DNA of 63,947 nucleotides, counting the filler, from Globobulimina sp. (taxonomy: Eukaryota): the NCBI GenBank assembly GCA_003354225.1. It is 23 parts of 23 records of this genome, joined end to end, with 100 filler letters (N's around TTAATTAATTAA, not from the genome) between each part and the next. Parts side by side here need not be neighbours in the genome. Positions count along the whole stretch, not along the records: positions 22,291 to 24,975 come from PIVH01005355.1; positions 25,076 to 27,760 come from PIVH01005356.1; positions 27,861 to 30,545 come from PIVH01005357.1; positions 30,646 to 33,330 come from PIVH01005358.1; positions 33,431 to 36,114 come from PIVH01005359.1; 18 more parts are not named here. One strand, 5' to 3'. Made by a program: the position numbers and the translations under genes. The notes under the pieces were generated by a model. That model was given only the letters and a program-made list of their open reading frames with translations. It searched no databases and was not told where the DNA came from. Within the stretch, counting starts at the first letter, position 1. Each line of letters starts with the position of its first letter. This document shows positions 24,404 to 36,114 of the stretch, one piece after another.

Positions 24404-24958
24404 ATGCATTTTAGTGGCGAGACACCACAGAAACATAGCATACAAAACAAAAAAAGATCTTTAAATGAAACAGATATTGATATTAATCGCCAAGATTCAC
24501 CAATAAAAAAACGAAAATTCAATGAAAACCACAAGAATAAAAATAATAACGTAAATAAAGAAAGAATTGGTTGTAGACATTCATTCTGTAATAATAATCA
24601 TAATATGTTAGATAATAACACTTATAAATATAATCCGATTTTGATTGGTTTACAAAAATCATTAAATGGTGAATCAAGTCTGCTTATTGCAAATATTTTA
24701 AGTCCGCTTATTTTATGCAATAATAATCAAATAATTGAATCCCAATCGAAAGTAATTCATTCTATCAAAGACTCAAAATGTATTACTAGTATTTCCGAAA
24801 TAGATGCAATTATAAATATTATCGCAGAATTTACAGCACCCAAAAAAATTAAATTTAAAACCAAACAATTTATCTCAATGATATGTATTCAAAGCATCAA
24901 ACAACAGACATTGAATGAGTGTAAACCATTATTTTATACAATTAACATTTGGAAATGA
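24404..24958 (+). CDS. Hypothetical protein with basic NLS-like segment
   Basis: 184-aa ORF; SPIKKRK. Confidence 0.45.
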   Translation: MHFSGETPQKHSIQNKKRSLNETDIDINRQDSPIKKRKFNENHKNKNNNVNKERIGCRHSFCNNNHNMLDNNTYKYNPILIGLQKSLNGESSLLIANILSPLILCNNNQIIESQSKVIHSIKDSKCITSISEIDAIINIIAEFTAPKKIKFKTKQFISMICIQSIKQQTLNECKPLFYTINIWK

Positions 24959-25337
24959 TGGGATATCAGATTCAGNNNNNNNNNNNNNNNNNNNNNNNNN
25001 NNNNNNNNNNNNNNNNNNNTTAATTAATTAANNNNNNNNNNNNNNNNNNNNNNNNNNNNNNNNNNNNNNNNNNNNCTTAAAGCAAACGGTGAAATTACAT
25101 CAATATGGAACAAAAATGGTGAAATTATCCGCTGGATTTATTTGAGTAAAAACGGATCTTTGAGGAAAGTTGTAGATAAATTTGGCCAACTTAATGCACA
25201 AAAAAACAAAAGTGACTTGTAACTATCGCTACGATTAAATAATTGTGTCTTCATTTTGATCAATCATTAGAGTTTTCTATCGGAAATAAATAAATATGAC
25301 AAAAGTGAGTTTTCTCAACAAAACCTTGTTTAAAATA

Positions 25338-26672
25338 TCATTTTATTTTGTGAATCTTGAGTTTCTGCCCCTCATCTTCCTCATTGATTATTTCCGCACC
25401 ATCTGTAAATTTATCATCCGTCTCATCCATACTCTCACCATCTTCATTATATACACTATTTACATTATCATTCACATCACATTCAACATTGGAAATATCC
25501 TCAATTAATGAATCTAACTGTTTTTGTGTGATATTTAACTTATTATAATTATCTTTATTTTGCAACAAATTCAAAAACGACTGTTGCGCATTAACACTAT
25601 CACCATTTAAATTTCCTGTCACCGATTGTTTCATAGTCGTCTGTACAATCTGCACTTTTTTATAATCATGTTGTATTTCCTCGATTTGTTTCAAGCCGAC
25701 TCTGTGTCGAAAGGCATTGCTATCCATCAATAGCTGCTGTATAATATACGAAGATAAGTTTGACAAAACATATAAATTGAACCCAATCGCCCAATTCATT
25801 GAAAAATAGGTCATTGCTCCAGTTATTCCAATGGATAACGTCTTAAACTTAATGGGATCAAAGCCAGTCTGTCTGCTCTGATTCCTTTTGTTCATTATAA
25901 TTTGTAATATCCCCATACTTAAACCAATGGATACCGGTAACAAATACGTGTTGTCCAACACTGATAAATCCATAAAAGTAAAATTAGAAACATTAAAACC
26001 GCCATTACTCCATAAAGGATACTTAGAATACATTGTTCTGAGCGTTATAAACATTGTTAAATGGATCGGTATTTGCACCATTCCAGGAATCATCGGAATC
26101 ATTTGAGATTGATATGGTGCGAAGCCATATTTGTTTTTTATTTCCTCACTTCGCAACTTTCGAGCATTGTGTTCCATTTCTTTTTGGTTTAACATTAAAA
26201 GACTGGTTTCATACATTGCTGCGGGTAATTTTGGTAACCGTTTTTCATATTTTTTTTGTGAGAATATTTGAATAGGAACGGTTATTAATGATTTTGTAAT
26301 GAACGGAATTGATAATATTACGCACCAAAATGGAATATCTTTGGAATATATAAATGATAATAATAAAGAATTGTATTTAGAAATTAAAAGAATTTTCATA
26401 CCATATAAGTGATTGACAGAATGAATCAGATCTTGAATAGTATCGATTGGTAATATGTTTTGATAAAAACCAAAATCATTTCTTGTTAACAGTTCTTCTT
26501 TAATGATGTCTGATGTTTCTGGTGATTCCGTTGCGGCAGTGAATAATTTGTTAATTTGGTTCTCCGACGTTGATTGCTTATATTTGTTATGATAGTGTAA
26601 AACATTTGTTTTTCGGGTACACAGAATTCTGTGACCATGCAATGCTTGAACTGAAGCTACCTTCTTCAACAT
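25338..26672 (-). CDS. Mitochondrial Oxa1/Cox18 (YidC family) insertase
   Basis: Basic presequence; IPFWCVILSIPFITKSLITVP, PGMVQIPIHLTMFITLR, WSNGGF, DLSVLDNTYLLP. Confidence 0.85.
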   Translation of the reverse strand: MLKKVASVQALHGHRILCTRKTNVLHYHNKYKQSTSENQINKLFTAATESPETSDIIKEELLTRNDFGFYQNILPIDTIQDLIHSVNHLYGMKILLISKYNSLLLSFIYSKDIPFWCVILSIPFITKSLITVPIQIFSQKKYEKRLPKLPAAMYETSLLMLNQKEMEHNARKLRSEEIKNKYGFAPYQSQMIPMIPGMVQIPIHLTMFITLRTMYSKYPLWSNGGFNVSNFTFMDLSVLDNTYLLPVSIGLSMGILQIIMNKRNQSRQTGFDPIKFKTLSIGITGAMTYFSMNWAIGFNLYVLSNLSSYIIQQLLMDSNAFRHRVGLKQIEEIQHDYKKVQIVQTTMKQSVTGNLNGDSVNAQQSFLNLLQNKDNYNKLNITQKQLDSLIEDISNVECDVNDNVNSVYNEDGESMDETDDKFTDGAEIINEEDEGQKLKIHKIK

Positions 26673-26977
26673 TCTGTGGAGTTAATCCACGCTATTACGA
26701 TATCACGATATCGTATTACTTTCCGCATTCGGTCGCAATGTCATATCATTGAAAATGAATAAAGCATGAAATTTAAAACTTTAAATAACAAACATAATAG
26801 TTGCGCACATAAAAAACTATTGTATACAAAAACTATTGACGCTACAATGAGAAAACACAAAAACAAAAACAAAAACAACATAAAAACCCCCACACACGAA
26901 ACAAAAACACAACGTAAAAATTTACAAAAAATAAGCACTTTTTATGAATAATGAATATATGAAATATAATATGCATT

Positions 26978-27760
26978 CTATCCAATGCTTTGGGCATTAT
27001 CGCAGTCTAAATCCCCTGGCGAATACATTTTGTATCCCAATGAGCATAAACTAACACTGCAAATCATGATTGCTAGAACCACTGCTGCCACTTTTCTTAT
27101 TTTGTATTGACTTGGTGCCAATTTACAGAAAAATATAGCGGGAAGCAAATATCCTATGGCTGGATACATTGTACAGCCCAGAAATCCAAATACCACAGAT
27201 ATTGATCGCACAAATATGGCCAAAACCACGTTCACAGATAAAAATACAAACGTTATCGAAACATGCCACACTTTGGACATTTCTTTTGGAGTTTGATTCA
27301 GACATAAAACACCAATCATTCTTCTAAAATTCCAAATAAATATAGGTTCCGTCAATATGCACGACACAGATATTCCCAACGCAGCCAAAATAACATCAAA
27401 ATGGCGCTTAAAATCATTCAGCAGCAAATTACCGCAAACCGAGTTCAAAAACATTAAAAAACCAAACGTTGCAATAAATAAATAGATCCAATTGATAGTA
27501 AATAATGCAGTTTTAAATATTCCTCTCATTTTAGTAATGGATGGATTGCGTAATTTGTCATACAACGGCAGTACATAGGCATGACCGGTAAATGCGAATA
27601 TTATCAATGGAAATGCCGTCAAAAAACCCGTACAAAAATCGCGGAACGTTTCTGGGAATAGCTCTTTCGATGTTAAATCAAAGTGTTTTTGCGGTAATGA
27701 TGTAATACTCTCCGCAGGATCACATAACACGAAATATTCCACAATAACCACGATGCAAAG
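26978..27760 (-). CDS. Amino-acid transporter (Aa_trans/SLC38-like), C-terminal half
   Basis: AFPLIIFAFTGHAYVLPLY, YLFIATFGFLMF, VVFGFLGC ... GYLLPAIFF. Confidence 0.88.
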   Translation of the reverse strand, partial: LCIVVIVEYFVLCDPAESITSLPQKHFDLTSKELFPETFRDFCTGFLTAFPLIIFAFTGHAYVLPLYDKLRNPSITKMRGIFKTALFTINWIYLFIATFGFLMFLNSVCGNLLLNDFKRHFDVILAALGISVSCILTEPIFIWNFRRMIGVLCLNQTPKEMSKVWHVSITFVFLSVNVVLAIFVRSISVVFGFLGCTMYPAIGYLLPAIFFCKLAPSQYKIRKVAAVVLAIMICSVSLCSLGYKMYSPGDLDCDNAQSIG

Positions 27761-27860
27761 NNNNNNNNNNNNNNNNNNNNNNNNNNNNNNNNNNNNNNNN
27801 NNNNTTAATTAATTAANNNNNNNNNNNNNNNNNNNNNNNNNNNNNNNNNNNNNNNNNNNN

Positions 27861-27980
27861 GATGTATATTGGTAACTCAGATTAATATATATGTTTCTAG
27901 AGAAGTGTTTGTTTCTAGAGAAGGTGTTTGTTTCTAGAGAAGATGTATATTGGTTTAGAGGTGTTTGTTTCTAGAGAATG
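27861..27980. repeat. Short tandem repeat array
   Basis: GTTTCTAGAGAA x4 (27893, 27911, 27930, 27967) and GATGTATATTGGT x2 (27861, 27942). Confidence 0.9.
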
Positions 27981-28000
27981 TTATTTTAAAACAAGTGTAA

Positions 28001-28040
28001 AATTCGACGTTTCGACAAATGCTGTCTTCGTCAGGGAATT
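28001..28040 (-). ncRNA. Minimal type I hammerhead ribozyme (Penelope-like element type)
   Basis: Minus strand AATTCC-CTGACGA-A-GACA-GCATT-TGTC-GAAA-CG-TC-GAATT: CUGANGA and GAAA cores, 4-bp stem II, GUC site, stem I AATTC/GAATT. Confidence 0.75.
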
Positions 28041-29120
28041 AAATTTAAGTTAAGTGGTTTTTCTAAAAATAGAATAAACCAAAACAAAAACTGTTATCGC
28101 TATGAAAGAAATGACAAAATAAGAATAATATACAAAAATAAAATAAAAGAAAGAATATTCGGATAAATGAGAGATGGATGTGAAATAAAATAGTCACACA
28201 ATCAAATGATCAAAATCCACAAAATTATAAAAGGAAAAGAGAAAAAATGGAGGAATGAATTCTGGGCAGATGGGGTGTGAAAAAACAAAAATATATTGTA
28301 ATAAAATCCAAAAATCATTCACTGGATAAAACCCAGTAATAATGTATAAAAATATATATATATAAAACAATTAAATGCCAACCAGTCAGATAGAACACAT
28401 TCAATATTGCATAAATCATATAACCATCAACAATAAATACTGTAATGATGAGATGTTAACAAATGGAATGGATGAATCGCGCAAATCGGATAAAAATGAA
28501 TCAGAATAAATAAGATGTTCAATATTAATATCAAATAAATATAAATTAATATCCATAAATATCTGATACTGGAAGGCATGAAGACATTATTAAGAATAAA
28601 TGAATATAGTTTGTACATAATAAACATAGTCAAAAAAACGAAAAATGAATCGTATAAAATGAAATCCTCATTGTTCAGAATCTTTTTCTTCTAAATGGTG
28701 AATATCTGATCCTGAATCATACATCGCCGCAAACATACTTTCAGCAATTTGTGTATCGCCGTGCAGCAGCCATTTATCTTTAAATGCTGTAAATGCGATC
28801 TGTTTCTTTGATGGTGCTGTTACTGTATCGCTGCTGTTCAATATACCATGTTGAAACTGCTCAAATTCGGTGATTTGAAGGTCGAATCGTTGTGGCAAAA
28901 TTGTACATGCTGTAGTTTCTTGAGGTGATCTAGTGGCTTTATTTATTTTCAGATAATTGAGATTGGTGATAGTGGAACCACCTTTTTCCAGCAGTGCAAG
29001 GATATTCAGAAACTAATGCAAAGTGTACAACAACATATAACACAAAAACACATAAAGTTAATTATAAGTTTATTATATAATTTATTTATATCTTACATGA
29101 TGAATTTAGCTCTTTTGTGG

Positions 29121-30053
29121 CTAAATAAGTGCTCGATTATCTGTCATATTATCATCTGTCTGCACAGATACAGCATCATAATCATATCCATCTGATCCAT
29201 AAATAAATTTACCACAACAAATATTACATCCTTTACACAAGAATTGATATAATTTAGTTTGCCGTTCAAACATCAAAAATAAACAAATATCGTCAGAAAT
29301 AACATCAAAACAATATAACCATCGAAACGAAGACATTCCAAACACCGTAAATAGGATAATCCAATAAATCAAACACGAGCACCATATCAACACCACAGCT
29401 TTCGTACCGTTTTCTTTTTTTTCTTGTGAACCTTGGCTGGCTTTTAATTGTTTAACATAAAAATATATCAAAATAACAAAATATAAGACATCGATCAATA
29501 ATACAATTAACATAATGATGGACTCATAAGTCGTGCCAGTATGACCCATATACATTGTCAAATAAATATTATGCGGCGATGTTACGCCAATTTCCTTCAT
29601 TGATTCTTCAGCAATGTCGTCCGCCAAAAATAGAAAAACCAACAATAAAAACAACAGACTGGCGATAATCATCCAAATCATTAACCCTTTTCTTGTTTTA
29701 CTTTTTTTATCAAATATCGACAATAAATGATACGTAAAACTGCAATAAAATGCAATTTTGCGAGGAATAATAAATAAAATTTCAATTGAATCTGTAATTG
29801 TGGCGAAGGATTGATGTTTACCATCATATTGCCACGGAACTATTAAATTATTGCAAAATGAACATACAATCGAAAGAATTGCAAATTGATAAGCTCTTTT
29901 TTTTTCAACTAATATTTTTTTTCTTTGTTGACACAATGAAAATAATATTATCATCGCAATTGTTGCGCCAATTGGAAGCAAAATAAATGTTCCAAGCACG
30001 AAGACTGATTCTTCAAACTGACCTAATTGTGAATAAGCTTCCTCTTCAGCCAT
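29121..30053 (-). CDS. Seven-transmembrane GPCR-like protein
   Basis: About 7 hydrophobic segments in 310 aa; Cys-rich C-tail (YQFLCKGCNICC). Confidence 0.65.
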   Translation of the reverse strand: MAEEEAYSQLGQFEESVFVLGTFILLPIGATIAMIILFSLCQQRKKILVEKKRAYQFAILSIVCSFCNNLIVPWQYDGKHQSFATITDSIEILFIIPRKIAFYCSFTYHLLSIFDKKSKTRKGLMIWMIIASLLFLLLVFLFLADDIAEESMKEIGVTSPHNIYLTMYMGHTGTTYESIIMLIVLLIDVLYFVILIYFYVKQLKASQGSQEKKENGTKAVVLIWCSCLIYWIILFTVFGMSSFRWLYCFDVISDDICLFLMFERQTKLYQFLCKGCNICCGKFIYGSDGYDYDAVSVQTDDNMTDNRALI

Positions 30054-30159
30054 TGTTATAAATATCTTTTTTTGAGTAGTGATGTATTAATGTTTTTTTT
30101 TAGTGTCTATTATATCAGACTACAGAGTATGAACTAAAAAAAAAAGCTACAGATGTTGA

Positions 30160-30545
30160 TCAAGTCGATATTCTTTTCACAGCAATATCATGGATTGCAT
30201 TTTTCATTCTGGTCTTAATTTTTGAAGGCGATTTCAAGAATTTATTTCTTATATATTGAGTAGCTTCTTTATCTGTACTATTCCTACTGATACATAATGA
30301 TTTGGATAAATATGATTTAATTTTTTCTTCATCATAGCCATATTTAAATATCATACAGCCATATTCAATGATTTCAGATTGATAATTTCTTAAAATTAAA
30401 AAACAATCCGTTACTTTCTCAATAAATACATTCCAATTTTTATTTCCTAACACTTTAACAAAAGATAATGGAATCGCTACTTTTGAAGCATCCAAACCAG
30501 TGACTGCTTCACCTAAAATATATGCAAAATCGATATGAAATAAAA
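30160..30545 (-). CDS. PI3/PI4-kinase catalytic domain, C-terminal fragment
   Basis: LFHIDFAYILGE ... FIEKVTDCFLILR. Confidence 0.75.
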
Positions 30546-30693
30546 NNNNNNNNNNNNNNNNNNNNNNNNNNNNNNNNNNNNNNNNNNNNTTAATTAATTA
30601 ANNNNNNNNNNNNNNNNNNNNNNNNNNNNNNNNNNNNNNNNNNNNTTATCGACCATTTGTGCGTTGTGTGTTACAGATTGACCCAATTCTAAT

Positions 30694-30979
30694 CACTGCA
30701 CTGGCCCAAATGACACAAAATAAATTAGTTTTAAGGCAATCCACACATTTTATATCCAAATCCTGCACTGATTATTCACCTTTTCGCATAGGCTCCCTTA
30801 TTGATGCATAAAAAGTGACCATTTTATTATAGCTGTATATTTCCTATAGAAAAGTGCTCCTAAATCCGGGCACGTTCGACGGATTTATTTTGTGTTGTTT
30901 GGGCAGGTGCAGTGGACTACTTGCCTAAAACACACAAAATAAATCCGTCCAACTGGTCTGTGTTCGGAAGCACTTTTCT
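30694..30979 (+). repeat. Long imperfect hairpin (30848-30979) plus a third inverted arm copy (30694-30725)
   Basis: Perfect 18-bp GACGGATTTATTTTGTGT/ACACAAAATAAATCCGTC and 11-bp AGAAAAGTGCT/AGCACTTTTCT. Confidence 0.88.
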
Positions 30980-31043
30980 CTCCGAATATTGGTGCCGTTG
31001 AAACAAAAATCATACCAATCATTAGATACGCATAAAATGCATC

Positions 31044-31454
31044 CTATTTTGCATAAAAGGCATCAAATTTATGGACGGATATGTGCTGACTGTGCTCAGT
31101 GCAGGGTAACATATATATTTGGTAGATTGAGAGAGAATTCTCTTTGGATACTTTTATGATCATTCCATACTTTAATGCGATATCTCTTATTCCAAATTGG
31201 TGTGAATGGACTGCCGTCCATCCAAAGCTTTTTTTGCATGCTTTGCTCCAAATCATGTAATCGATTATATTGTTTTCAGTGAAATTATTTATTGCTCTTT
31301 GATGTAATTTATTGAAAATCAACCAATATTTCTCAACCGATCCATATTGTCCATTTGTATTTGTTGCGTGTCGAAATTGCCAATTATCTGTTCGTTTTTC
31401 TTTGAATTGTTGTTTCGTTAACTTTCTTGGTTGAAAGTTCTTTCTCGGTCTCAT
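31044..31454 (-). CDS. Hypothetical basic protein
   Basis: 136-aa intronless ORF. Confidence 0.4.
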   Translation of the reverse strand: MRPRKNFQPRKLTKQQFKEKRTDNWQFRHATNTNGQYGSVEKYWLIFNKLHQRAINNFTENNIIDYMIWSKACKKSFGWTAVHSHQFGIRDIALKYGMIIKVSKENSLSIYQIYMLPCTEHSQHISVHKFDAFYAK

Positions 31455-31622
31455 TTTCTGTGTGTTTTTTAAGGGGGAGGTGTTTTTAGTTTAGCTTTTT
31501 AGTCAAACAGTTTTTTTGTAAAATAAAACAAAGGAAAAAACAACTTTCTGTTTTGTGCAAAAGAAAAAAAACAGATTTAAATATTTGATATTGCAGATTA
31601 TTTATGTCTATCAATCACCATT

Positions 31623-32045
31623 TCATTGACTGCCATCTTGGATATACAGTTTGTTGTTTGCAAGTAATCTCATTTCATTTTCGTGATGCGGGCCCCATAT
31701 TGCTTTGTCCTCAATGCGTTTCTGAATTGTTTGGCAACGTTGTATATGTTGCTCCAATGTAAGTGGGTATTCCTCCGCATCATTGCTTTGCAATTTAATA
31801 TCGGTATTTGATGTTATTTGCGCTCCATTTTGCAATAATTCGCGCATTGTTTCTTTCAATTCTGTGTCGGGATGTCCATAATTACCGCTTTTACCATCCG
31901 GTAATTCTTCCAATGCCGTCATAAATTTATCTGTCGGCAGGCTCCATTTTGGCGGTGTTTCCGGGACTTCGGCAGTTTTCCAGGCTTCGTAAAAACCTTT
32001 TACTGTCTCGTTGTTTCTTACTGTGGAATGTTGACATTTATACAT
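31623..32045 (-). CDS. Hypothetical protein
   Basis: 140-aa intronless ORF. Confidence 0.5.
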   Translation of the reverse strand: MYKCQHSTVRNNETVKGFYEAWKTAEVPETPPKWSLPTDKFMTALEELPDGKSGNYGHPDTELKETMRELLQNGAQITSNTDIKLQSNDAEEYPLTLEQHIQRCQTIQKRIEDKAIWGPHHENEMRLLANNKLYIQDGSQ

Positions 32046-32320
32046 TCTTGGCTATATATCTTTATAAATTAAATTTGCTAAAAGAATAACACGTAGAAAA
32101 ATAACTTTCAAACATAAACGTTCAAATTCCCCCAAAAACAAAAAGTGTGTAAACAAATAAAAAACGGATGTATACAAATCGCTAACTTTTTAACTACAGG
32201 ATTATGGACAAGATTTCCTATAATCAACATTGGCAATTTGTTACATTTTAGAACTCCTAAAATGCTATTTAATAAGCAAGCATTTTTAAGAGTTATTTGT
32301 GATTGTTTTAAAGCATCTAT

Positions 32321-33330
32321 TCATTGGTTCCTATTGTTCCTTTGCTGTCTTTGCTGATTCATAGGTGGTGGCGCCGAGTATTGTGGCTGTTGGAATTGTG
32401 GCTGTCTCTCGGGCTGATTCCAAGCATTATACATCTGATCATAGGCTCTTTTATTGCCACTTTGCTCCGTTCTCTGTCTCTTTCGTACCTTTAATGGGTT
32501 TGGTTGCCCTTTATACTGTCCTTGCTTTCCATTTTTATGCCATCCTCTTCCACAAAAATCATTATATAAATGATCGATGCAATCTCCTTTCCGATCATAT
32601 GGACATCTTCGATTTTTATTGGGTTGCAATCCCCCCATCGCCAATTTGGCTGTTCTCTGATTCTTTAATCTCTCGATCAATTCATCAATTTTTACGTGGT
32701 CCATTTCATGATATCCTAACAATTTAATTTCATCCCACGGCAATATGTCAACTTTTTGCTCTTCCTTCAATTTTAATTGCTGCTCTTTCTTATTCAACAT
32801 CCTTTGCAACAATTTTTGCAATCTTCGCCTCGTTCCTTTCAACTCAAAGAATTCTCGCTCCGCGGTCCACGTTAATGTTTCCACAAAACTCTTTCGATGA
32901 ATCATACATTTTTGATGCTCAATCAATAATTGCTGCATTTTCATTGCTTCTGCATCGTCAGCCAACTCACCCAATTTTATAATTAATTCGGTGGTTCTTA
33001 CCAATAAATCGTCTCTCTCCACCATTGATTGCGACATATTCTGTAATGACAACAATACCAACAGCTCAAATCCCGGGGCGTTCTCATCAAATGGCACCCG
33101 TTCCTCTGCAATTTTAACTCCTTTGTTTGCAATATAGCATCGTGCCCGATTTACTCTATCGGCCTCAATATTTGCTCTCAATGTTGACATAGTTATGCAC
33201 ATATAATATAATTCAAGATATTTCGCTTTATATAGATCGACTGTTTTCTGTTTATAGTCATTCATCGTTGTGACTGACGTTGTGATTTTCTTCATGTTGG
33301 TTCCCTGCGCTTTCATGGCGCCCGAGAAAG
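32321..33330 (-). CDS. Coiled-coil protein with CCCH-like finger and Q/N/R-rich tail (gag/ORF1-like)
   Basis: CPYDRKGDCIDHLYNDFCGRGWH = C-x7-C-x8-C-x4-H. Confidence 0.55.
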
Positions 33331-33470
33331 NNNNNNNNNNNNNNNNNNNNNNNNNNNNNNNNNNNNNNNNNNNNTTAATTAATTAANNNNNNNNNNNNNN
33401 NNNNNNNNNNNNNNNNNNNNNNNNNNNNNNATAATAAGAATAAGCGACCATCCTCAAACCTCTTCAATTT

Positions 33471-36114
33471 ATGATGGATGGCCCCAAGCAATCACACAGT
33501 CATTTTAGTAGTCATCGCAATGACCTCTCTTGCGGTGATGGTAATAATTCAGATGAGGCCGTTAGTTATTGCAATAATTCTATGTTAGAAGACGTAGTAA
33601 CTAGCAAATGTACAAAGTATTGTTCGATTAATAAAATTGTTTTAAATGAGCACTGTGGAAATAGCAATATCTGCGGTGTTCAGCAAGAAAATCAAAATGA
33701 AAGTGATACAGATTCGATTTTAGATCAAATTAAATATGAATATGACATAAAAAATGATATGTTATTAACTCGCGAAAAAGGATTATTAATTTGTCAATGG
33801 AATGTAGATGGATTCACAGTTAATGTCAGATCGCATATTCATTATATTGTTCTGACTAAAAAACCGGACATATTCCTATTGCAGGAAACGTATAAATTTT
33901 ACAATGAGAATGAAAGTAATTGGACAGTGAAAATAAAGAATTATAAGACTGTCACAATGAAAGACAAAGGATTTGGAAAAGTAATTATTTTAATACGTAA
34001 TGGGATACACCACGAAAGGATTAATATTAAATTCAAACATAATATGCAAATTGATAAAAAAATTGAGAATTTGAATGAGAATGACGTTGAGAGTAAAATG
34101 CAAAGGAAGTTATTATTGATGTCAAAATTGTATTGTTTATCATTGAAAGTTTATGATAATGACATGGGCCAAGCGTTCATTGTCAGTAATTATTATCGTC
34201 CGCAGAATGGCGAACCGGGTGCAAGGATTGAGACATTTACGCAGTATTTGGAGATCTTATTAGCAACAAAGAATTATGCGTCGTTTCCACTGTTTATTGG
34301 AGGCGATATGAACGCACATAATCATGCATGGTTTGATGGAGTTATACGGCCTTCGCCAGCCAGTAAATGTGGATCGTATTTGGCGGATTGGCTCTATGAT
34401 AAAAAATGGACTATTTTGAATGACAGAAGTCCGACGAGACAGAGAAAGGAGCAGCAGACTGCCCCGGATGTTACGTTTATAAATGATAAGTCGAAGGAGG
34501 AAGATTGGAATTACTGGGCAGAGGATTTTACGCGAGAAGATTCAGAAAGTTATTACTCAGATCATTTAGTTTTATTTTCTTTTTATAGTAAAGGGAAACT
34601 GTACGAAGAAGAGGTGCCGGAATTTGCAATAAGAACTGGGACAGACAGAGATTGGGATGAATGGAAAGTAAAGTTAGGAGAGAATGTGGATGAATGGTAT
34701 GATATTTATGGAGAACAGCTTAATAAATTGATAACGCATTATTTGGACATATATGGCAATGGTAACTGCGATGTAAATAGGAAACATTTATTAGATTTCG
34801 TTGGATTGACAAAAAATGATGTTTTAGATGCGGTCGGTGACTTTTTTAAGCATCGAATAGTGGATACTTCGATCGATATATTGGGTTTAAGAAAAAAAAC
34901 AATTGGAAATGAGAAGCCGTGGCTTACGAAGGAGATGAAAGAAGCATTGGGAGATTATGTCTGTTATAGAAACAGATTTAAGCTGTTTAGCAAAAGAAAA
35001 AAGAAGACAATGAAGCATGTATTGGTCGAAAAGAAGAGGATTTGTGATGATTTATGTGAGTGTGGGAGGAGAGCGTGGATAAAAGATGAAATCAGGAATA
35101 TTAGCAATGATGGGAGAATGCCATGGAAACAGATAAATAATATAATTAAATATGATAACAATGCCACAAAAAGTATCCCAGTGTGGTATAATGAGAATGG
35201 TACGATAAATGCAGTAAAATCACGCGACAAAGCCGAGAATTATATGGCGTATCTGCACAGGTTCGATGATGACGAGATAGCAAACGAGAAGGAGGGGGAG
35301 GTAAAGAATGATGAGTTTGAGAGGATTTTAGATGAATATAATCAAGAAAATAAAATTAAATTTGGCACGGAACGGCATGCGGCGGCGTTGAAAGAAGTAA
35401 ATTTAATTTTGGATGAGGGTGAAATTGAGCCACTTATCATGTCATTTAAAAGAGGAAAAGCGAACAACAGCGACAAATCAAATTATATATTGCTGCAAAA
35501 TGGTATTGAAATATTGAAGAAAGGGCTTTATTTATGTTATAATGCATTATTTATTTTGGGCATTAGAGAGATATCGATGAATATAAGGGATATTACAGTT
35601 ATCCTAAAATCTGGCAAACCGGCAAAATATATGGACAGCTACAGGCCAGTCTCGTTGCTGTCGAGTTGCAGCAATCCGTATGATAAATGGATGGCGATTA
35701 AATATTTGAACTACGGCATAAAAATGGAAATAATTAAACCGATGCATTTTGGCTTTGTGAAAGGGTTAGGATGTACCGATGCGATTGCATTTATTATTGA
35801 GCGTATATGGAATAATCGGATAAAAAATGAGAATACGCACTTATTATTTATTGATTTTAAGGCAGCATTTGATACCCTTCAACATAAGATTATTATTGAA
35901 TGTATGAGGATAAATATTGGAATTAATGGATTTGCGTTGGATTATTTGTATGTCGCATTAGAATTTAGGTGGGGACGGGTAAAAATCTATGGGTTTTATT
36001 GTCAATGGAAACAGGATATCTGTGGCGTACCACAGGGATGGCCGCCATCGCCAATCGTGTTTATATTCATTACGATCGAGTTTGACGCGGTGAACGGATT
36101 AAAAATAGGCATAT
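33471..36114 (+). mobile_element. Non-LTR retrotransposon ORF2: APE endonuclease + reverse transcriptase (3' truncated)
   Basis: CQWNVDG, DIFLLQET, NYYRP, GGDMNAH, APDVTF, SDHLVL; SYRPVSLLS, FGFVKGLGCTDAI, FIDFKAAFD, GVPQGWPPSP. Confidence 0.95.

Noticed and set aside
27861-27980. CRISPR array or telomere
   Set aside because: Units are 12-19 nt with no unique spacers, irregular, and no cas genes
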